Position numbers and translations under genes: made by a program. A DNA stretch of 64,000 nucleotides from Eledone cirrhosa (Eukaryota). The stretch covers positions 373,364,001-373,428,000 of the forward strand of contig OZ024743.1 in assembly GCA_964016885.1 (NCBI GenBank), read 5' to 3'. A model generated the notes under the pieces. It had not been told where the DNA came from. It ran no database searches and was given only the letters and a program-made list of their open reading frames with translations. Below, piece by piece: positions 27,901 through 36,900 of the stretch; within the stretch, counting starts at the first letter, position 1, and each line of letters opens with the position of its first letter.

Positions 27901-30900
27901 AAGAGGCAATGAGAAGCGGCAACGTGGGCAATGAGAAGCGGCAACGTGGCCAGAGTGCAAGCGTCGAGAACGGTCTTGAACCAGTTCTTCGACGCGAAAC
28001 ACGAAGGCTGCCTTGTCCGAAGCAAAATACGTGCTCTGGGAAACGAGGGGACCAAAGCTGTTAGCTGGGCCCGCGTGACAGAAGCGAAAAGTGGGATTAA
28101 ATCCACTATCCGGTCTTTGCGAGACCAGGATGGACGGTTGATCCTTGAACCTAAGCAAATGTGCGAGGACTTTCAAAGGCACTTTGCCCGATTGTTCGGG
28201 AGGGGCGGGGGGCCAGTTGGGGATGTGGATTTCGGTCCATACCTCGACGGCCTGCCGCGTCTTTCGGACAGGGAGGCGAGGTCCTGCGACGGGCCGATCT
28301 CAGCTGCTGAATAAGGGATGTGCTGAGCCTATGCGGCAAACGCAAATCTCCAGGGCTCGATGGTCTGCACTACGAACTATATATTAATATGCCGAACTTG
28401 TTCCCCGATCTCCTCGAGGCGGTCTACTGCAACTGGCAACAGAACGGGAGAATTCCCTGTTCTGTGACCAAGGGCGTAGTCTCGCTAGTGAGGAAGGACG
28501 AGAACAAGGGGGATGACATTAGTAATTTTAGGCCCATAACTCTGCAGAGTTAAAGATTTTGGCCAAGGTGTTAGCGAAGAGGTTGGCGCTTGTCGTGGGG
28601 GGGCCTGGTGGGAGATGCGCAGACATGCGCTATCCTGTCCAGGTCCATCCACGACAACCTCCACCTCATGCGATACATCATAGAGAGGGTTGGGAACGAA
28701 CCCGGCTTTGGTGGGGCCCTGATAAATTTAGATCAGTCTAAAGCGTTCGATAGGGTGGACCATGGTTACCTGGATGCGGTGCTAGCGGCGGCTGGGTTCG
28801 GACCCGTTTTCAGGGGCTGGATCACTGCCATGCACAGCAGCCGCATCTGCTCTAGAGTCAAGGTGAACGGCTACCTTTCGGAGCCGTTCGAAATCACCCG
28901 CTCCATCCGACAGGGGTGCCCTCTCTCCTCCCTTCTGTATGTATTGGCTCTCGAGCCACTACTGCGGAAGTTGGAGTTGTTGCAGGGCATCCCTTTGGAA
29001 CCGGGATTGCGCAAAGCGGTGTCGGCCTACGCCGATGACGTAACAGTAATGGTGTCGACCACCTCGGAAATCGAGGCAATCGGCACCTTACTAGAGGAGT
29101 ACGAAAGGTTGACAGGGGCTAAGCTGAACCGGGACAAGTCAGTCGCTTTGCAACTCGGCGAGTGGAGGGGCAAAGCCATGTCGTGCGATGGTGACGGTGG
29201 ACGGAGGGCCCGGTGAAGTTGCTTGGGGTCTGGTTCGGACCGGACCTCCAGGTGGAGAAAAACTGGGGTGAGGTGACGAATAGGGTGTTTGCACTGACCC
29301 AGAAGTGGGCCGAGTGCAAACTATCCCTGAAAGGTCGGGCGGAGGTGGCGAACGCTTACATAGCGTCCGTCATCTATTACCGCTTGTCTGTCGTGCCTTG
29401 CCCGGGTGAGATCTTCGCCAAAATGGAGCGCGCCCTCTTTTATTTCCTTTGGAAGAAGAGGTCTCCTCTGGTGAGGAGATCCATCTGCTGTCAACACCCT
29501 TTGAAAGGAGGGCTGGGGATGCCGTGGCTAAAAATGCGTAAACACGCATTGAGGCTAAGGCACCTCCAGGTATTCCTCACCGGTCAACCGGTGTGGGCCC
29601 CGTTTGTGAGGCGAGCCTTCCCGAGGCTCATCTCGCTCACCGAGCTGCAGTCCTGGGTGAAGCAAAGACCGAGAAAACTGGGCGACTGGCACACCGAGTG
29701 TGCCCAGGCGCTCACGGCTCTCTGGCAGGCGGACCCGGCTATCGACGGAGATTCCACCTCGTCATTCTATAGAGGGCTGGTGGTTAGCGGGTGCGACGAC
29801 GCCCTCGGAGAAACCCTAGGCATGGAGGAGGACGAACTGGCCAGTCTATTCGGTAGGACTTTCGGCCCGGGACCTATGGACAACTTGCAGAAGTCCTTGG
29901 CCTGGCAGTGCTACCGAGGGGCTCTGCCCGTTCGGGATAAGCTCTACAGACATGGGCGCCCGGGTAGGGACCCCTCGAAAAAGATCTGTCCCAGATGCGT
30001 GCGCGACGAGGAAACCGTCGCGCACGCACTGGTGCACTGCCCGGGCGTTGCCGATCTGTGGGGCTATGTCGAACAACTGCTGTCACGGGTGGGACCAATT
30101 AGGTTGACCACCGAGTCCATTGTAACGATCAAGCCGCCTCCCCCCTTCAAAAATGAAGGAGAGGCGGTCTTCCTCTGTGTAATAGCCATGGTAAAAGAGG
30201 CTATATGGTGGACGCGTCTGAAAGGGCTGAGGTCGGACACCTTTCTCTCCGGCCAACAACTGGTCCTTTTCTTCCGATACCATTTCGGAAGAAGGATCAG
30301 GATGGAGAGAGAGGTGCTCCACTCCAGCCAGTTTTATGAAAGGTGGGTGAAAGTTGCGAGAATGGCCCGTGTGAATGGGCCTTCTCTCTACCTCAGCCTG
30401 TAGGTAGAACAGGAAGAAGGGAGCACCCTCTCTTTGTGCTCCCGTGGAGAAGGGTCGCACACTTTTTTTCGGGGGTGTGTGTGACCCCAAAACGATCCCT
30501 CCCTATTGAGGACCTTCTTGTTACTATTTTGTTTGTTATATTTTTCTTACTCGATTTTTATGTAAACTCCCCCCACCCATGTACATGTCCCTTTCTTTTG
30601 TGCCCTAGTGGCAAATAAACAGAAATTTGTCTGTATGTCTGTATGTCTGTCTGTCTGTCTGTGTCTTTCTGTCTGTCTGTCTGTCTGTCTGTCTGCCTGT
30701 GTCTCTGTCTGCCTGTGTCTCTGTCTGCCTGTGTCTCTGTCTGCCTGTGAGTCTGTGTGTCTCTATGTGTCTGTGCCTCTGTTTGTTTCTGCCTCTCTCT
30801 CTCTCTCTCTGTCTGTCTGTCTGTCTGTCTGTCTTTGCCAGTCTCTCTCCCCTTCCTTTCTTTCCTTTTTATTTTTGTTTTTCTTTTCCTTTACTTTTTT

Positions 30901-33900
30901 GTCTTTCTTTCCTACTTTCCTTCATATCATCATCATCGTTTAACATCTATCTTCCACGCTACCATGGGTGTATATATATATATATCATTGTTTAACATCT
31001 ATCTTCCACGCTACCATGGGTGTATATATATATATATATATATCATTGTTTAACATCTATCTTCCACGCTACCATGGGTATATATATATATATATATATA
31101 TCATTGTTTAACATCTATCTTCCACGCTACCATGGGTGTATATATATATATATCATTGTTTAACATCTATCTTCCACGCTACCATGGGTATATATATATA
31201 TATATCATTGTTTAACATCTATCTTCCACGCTACCATGGGTATATATATATATATATCATTGTTTAACATCTATCTTCCACGCTACCATGGGTGTATATA
31301 TATATATATATATATCATTGTTTAACATCTATCTTCCACGCTACCATGGGTGTATATATATATATATCATTGTTTAACATCTATCTTCCACGCTACCATG
31401 GGTATATATATATATCATCGTTTAACATCTAGCATGGGTATATATATATATATATCATTGTTTAACATCTATCTTCCACGCTACCATGGGTGTATATATA
31501 TATATATCATTGTTTAACATCTATCTTCCACGCTACCATGGGTGTATATATATATATATATATATATATCATTGTTTAATGTCTATCTTCCACGCTACCA
31601 TGGGTATATATATATATCATTGTTTAACATCTATCTTCCACGCTACCATGGGGGTATATATATATATATATATATCATTGTTTAACGTCTATCTTCCACG
31701 TTAGCTTGGGTAGGACGGTCCTTTTGTGAGAAATCAGGTTTGAGGACTGTTTCGCTCACACAGAACTGATTTTGGCTTGGTTTCTATAGCTGGATGCCCT
31801 TTCTAATGCCAACTATATTTACAGTGTGTGCTGGGTGCTTTTTGTTGCGACACCTATACAACCAGGACTACACTAGAAGACACTGTATGGGACTTGTCAT
31901 ATAATTTATGTACGTGTGTGTATGTGTGCATCATCTGTGTCTGTATTTGTTTGTCTCTGCTTCCAGTTTTCTTTTTGCATTCCATACTGCAAGTGGTGAT
32001 GTTTGTTTATGTTCCACATAATCAGAGATCCTTCTGCTTAGTGGTTAAGCATGTGAAAATTCATACCTTAACCCTTTAACATTTAAACTGGTCATATCCA
32101 GCCAGAATTCTCTCACCTCATTCTGTTCAAACCAGCAGTAACTGGCTTCTCATACTGACGTTAAAGTATTCTCAAAATAAATGATATCAAAATTTTGTAG
32201 ATTTGATATCATGTGAGATAATTATGTAAGGTAAAACCTTTACTGTGAAAATACAATAGTAAATATCGAGTAATGTAAATGCTAAAGGGTTAAATAAAAA
32301 ACAAACAAAATAATTGAGGGTTAGAATCAGGAAGGGCATCCAACTGTAGAATTTCTACCTCAAGGAGCCTTGTCTAACCCATACTAGCATGGAAAAAAAC
32401 AAATGAAAAACTGATGGTGTATGACGAGATCTTTTCACTAGTTTGTTTCTTGTAGTAAAACCTGTATTTCTCTGTTTCAGGTTCAAACAGCAACCAGACA
32501 AGTTATTGACAAGCTACCCCAGCTTGCTCCATCAGCTCACTCTAGCCTCACCACCTTGTTTCTACAATTAACAGTTGATGACATGGGCATTTGTTTACCA
32601 ATTCATACATATAGTCAGAATGTAAGTTAACTGTTTTTGTTTCTTTTAATCTTATATTTGAAATCTCTGGTTTGGTATAAATTTGAACTAGAGTTCTTTG
32701 GTTAGCCACTTTGATACCAACCCACCTTAAACTGTCTTTGGTTCTAGTATGAAAAACCATTTGTTTTAAAGTTTTCATGTTCAAATTTAACCTTCCCATT
32801 TTAAAGTGTTCCTGTTTAAACTTAAATCTTTCATTATAATTTTTTGTAAAAAAAGTTATGCTCCAAACACCAATTTAATAGAAAGAAATTTAGTTCTATT
32901 ACTAAATAGCTCTCTTTTAAAGATGATTGTAAAATTTATTTTAAAAATTATTAAAAAAATTAATTGAAACTCATAATTAGTATGTTTTATTAGAAATATG
33001 TTAATGAAAAGGTTAAGAATTTGTAGGGAACTAAGTTTTTACACAAAAATTTGACACACAGACATACATAACAGATGTCTTTAGAGTTTCCATCTACCAG
33101 ATTTACTCACAAGGTATTGGTTGCCTTGAAAGTGTGTGGCTTTGTGGTTAGGATATTCGGCTTTCGATTGTAAGGTCGAGAATTCGATTCCCAGCAGTGT
33201 GCTGTGTCCTTGAGCAAGACACTTTATTTCACGTTACTCCAGTTCATTCAGCTGGCAAAAGTGAGTTGTACCTGTAATTTGCAGGGCCAGCCTTGTCTCA
33301 TTCTGTGTCATGCTGAATCTCCCTGAGAACTATATTAAAGGTATGCTTGTTTGTGGAATGCTCAGCCACTTGTACGTTAATTTCATGAGCAGGCTGTTCT
33401 GTTGACCGTATCAATAGGAATACTCGTCATAACCGACGGAGTACCACTACAAAAAAAAGAAAAAAAACGTTGACCTGAAATTATAGCAGAAAACACCAGC
33501 AAAGTAAACTCTTTAACTGTGTCTAAGATAAATAAAAAAACAAAACAAAATGATAAATCCATATCTTTGATAGAATGTGTGACTTTATTAAAGAATTATT
33601 CTATATTGATACTTTCAATTATTGTTATTATAACTAGTATAAGGGAAGTAGATTGTCAGAATTGGTAGAGCGTCGGACAGCATGTTTAGCATCATAGAGT
33701 TACAGCTCTTTACGCTCTGAGTTCAAAATTCCGCCAAGGTTAGCTTTGCCTTTCGTCCTTATGGGGTCAATAAAATAAAGCACCAGTAACGTACTGGGGT
33801 CGATTTAATTGATTTTTCCCTCTCCCCCAAATTGCTGGCTTTGTGCCTAAATCAGAAACCATTATAACTAGTATAAAGGATAGTGGACTGACAGTTGTTA

Positions 33901-36900
33901 GAATGTTGAATTGGTTGCTTTGTAGCATTTAGTTACAGCTCTTTATGTTTTGTGTTCAAATATCACTGTGGTCAGCTTTGCCTTTCATCTTTCAGGGATC
34001 AATAAAATAAAATTCCAGTAAAGTACTGGGATTGATTTAATTTATTTCCCCTCCCTCCCAAATTACTGGTGTTGTGTGTGAGTGTGAGAGAGGGAGATAA
34101 AGAGAGAGAGAACATACTTGGCAGAGAACGCTGACTTCTGCCATGAGTGAAAGAATTTTACAACAAATACATTTGTCCCCCCTCCCCACCAACCTATTTT
34201 TATGTAAATTTTAGTTATATTCTGTTAATTCTAAATAAAGATTTTAGAATGTATTTTGACAGATTGCAGTGTTAGTGTGTTACAGATGGACAAAAACTGT
34301 TGTACAGTTATTATAATATCGAGTGTCTTTCTTAACAGGGAACCCAGAACGTCACTCGTATTATGGACATTGATCTTGGAACAGTTTTGGTATTAACTAT
34401 TGAGAATACCCAAATATCTGCTTGCTCTTCTGGATCTTTAGTGAGCAAAGGACGTTTTACAGGTCAGTGCTATAGTTTATCATCATTATCAAAACCATTG
34501 TTATCATCATCATCATCATCCTCATCATTACCATAATTGTGTTTGTTTTTCCTTGCAGTCATGGATTAAATGGTATGTTACAGACCAAGTCAGTACTTAA
34601 TAGGGGTTACTGTTCTCTTAGATAGGTTGAGGGACCACGTTGCACTCAATACATTTTTTGACATGGTTTTAATGACTGGATACCCTTTCTAATGCTTACC
34701 ACTTTACGACGTTCACTGTGTGATTTGTCACAACACTATCACTAATGAGATTGTCATATCCTCGACACAACTGAGGACCCCTTTTCTCTGGCATTATTTT
34801 TATGGCTGGATGTTCTGATACCAGAGATTGTCATGCTCTTGACACAACTCAAGAGTCCTTTTCTTTGGCATGACTTCTATGGCTGGATGTCCTTTCTAAT
34901 ACCAACCACTTTACAGAGTGTACTAGGTACAGTCTATCATACAGCATGGCACTTCATACATAGGCGTCATACAGCTGACCTTTTGTTGTTAGCAGGGGTA
35001 GCAGTTCCTTAAACTCCTCTGTTATGGCCTTGAGGTCAAGGATAAACAGGAGTGGGCAAAAAACTGAACCCTGATGCACTCCTACATGTATCTTGAATTC
35101 CTCACTCAACTCACTTCTTATTCACACTTTACTTACAGCGTCTCTATACATGCCTTGCATTGCTCTTACAAGCCACTCTTCTTCACCTAGTTTCCTTAAA
35201 GACCACCAGATGACTGATCGCGGTACTCTGTCATGGTTTTCTCTAGATCAACAAAAGCTAGATATAGAGGCTTACTCTCAGTTAAGAACTTCTTTTATAG
35301 TTGTCTTACTAAAAAGGACATCTGTGGTGCTCCCCCCTGGCAAGAAACTAAATTGCGTTTCTCTCATTTGACTCTTTCCCTAATTAGTTGTGCTAGAACT
35401 CTTTCTGTCACTTTCATAACTTGATCCATTAGTTTTATTTCCATGTAGTTGTTCCTTTCTAGAACATCACCTTTTCCCTTGTTGCAATTAATGATTATAC
35501 TACTGCACCAGACATTGGGTATGTATTAAGCAACCCTACAATTTCACCTGATCTACCTTTCAGTGTGCCCACATTGAGTGCAGCAGCTCTGAGATCAGTT
35601 ACCTGTTAATGGGGATTTGGTCCTTTTGTAGTTCTTTGTACCTGGAAGATGGGGGTGTTTTATCAGTGCTATCTCATTATGACATTTGGGTGCTCGTTGT
35701 TTCATTGGGTTGGCTGGGGAGGTTGTAATGAGAATATATGTATACATACACATTCATACTTACATCTCACACACACACACGAGAGAGAGAGGGAGAAAGG
35801 GAGGTGGGAGAATAGATAATACTGTTGGCAGAGAATATTTTTTTATGTTTGTGTTCCATGAAAACATTTTAGAAAAATTTTTGACAGATCATATTGTGTG
35901 ACAGACAGACAAAAAGGTTGTACTGTTATTATCATACACATTGTATTTCTTGTTATTGCTGCCTAACAAATATTTCCTGTTGTATTTTAGGGTTCTGTCT
36001 TCGGTTTGCTGATGACTTTGAAACGTCTTGGGATGAATGGAAACCTGTCAATAAAGAAGACAGCCCCATAATGAATGCATGTGTTGTACCAGAAGGAACC
36101 TATGAGGTCTGCTCAAGGACTATTAATAAACAAGCCACAGGTACTTTAAACAGACATGTAGATTTTCTTCCACTTTATTTGAAGCTCTATTTATTAATGT
36201 TAATACGAATATCTGTTTGTTCCACTGGATCTCTTGTGTGCAAACATTTTACAGGTCAATGATATAGTTTATCATCACCATGACTGTATGTATGTGTATA
36301 TGCATGTATGTGACATTTAAAACATAAATATTTCTATGGTCACACACCAAACAAGATGTAATAAAATACTTTCACTCATTGCCTCCGTCTCTCTCGTTCT
36401 CCCCATCTCCCACTGTTATAAGAAAGTGGGGGTTCACGCACTGGCCAGCCCACGGCCCCTTTTCATCATAAGGAAGCTGTAGTAGAGGAAGACCAAGAAA
36501 AGCCTGGGTAAAAGTTGTTAGTTGATTCAAAACGCTAAACACAGTACCTTACAAAGGAGATGAAAGAATGTTGTGAGTGAAGCGACAGAATGATTATATA
36601 ATTGTTACATTAAGTGGTTTTAAATTTTGTAAAATATTACCAGTATTGGTAGGTATATCAATCTTATCAAATATAAAAAAATATAAAAAAAAAAGTTTGT
36701 TCACATATTCTGTGAGTAGTTAGAACATATGTGAATTTTCTGTCAAAATTTCTTCTTATATATATGTTCTTCATGAAGGTGGAGTTCAACAGGTCAGGAT
36801 TCATCTCAGCTAAGTGAATTTGCTTTGAAATTCATCACCACCATCATCATCATAGTTTTTACATCTGCTTTACCATGCTTGCATGGGTTAAATGGGTCTG

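Larger units (their letters stand above)
25013..30628 (+). mobile_element. Near full-length Tx1/L1-clade non-LTR retrotransposon, disabled
   Basis: 5' UTR, ORF1 with CCHC knuckle, ORF2 (APE endonuclease, RT, C-terminal Zn finger), 3' UTR ending ...gtggcAATAAAcagaaattt; (TCTG)n on both flanks. Confidence 0.9.

Noticed and set aside
30925-31705. CRISPR-like repeat-spacer pattern
   Set aside because: The spacers are only (TA)n and the repeat is a SINE tail, in a eukaryotic intron.
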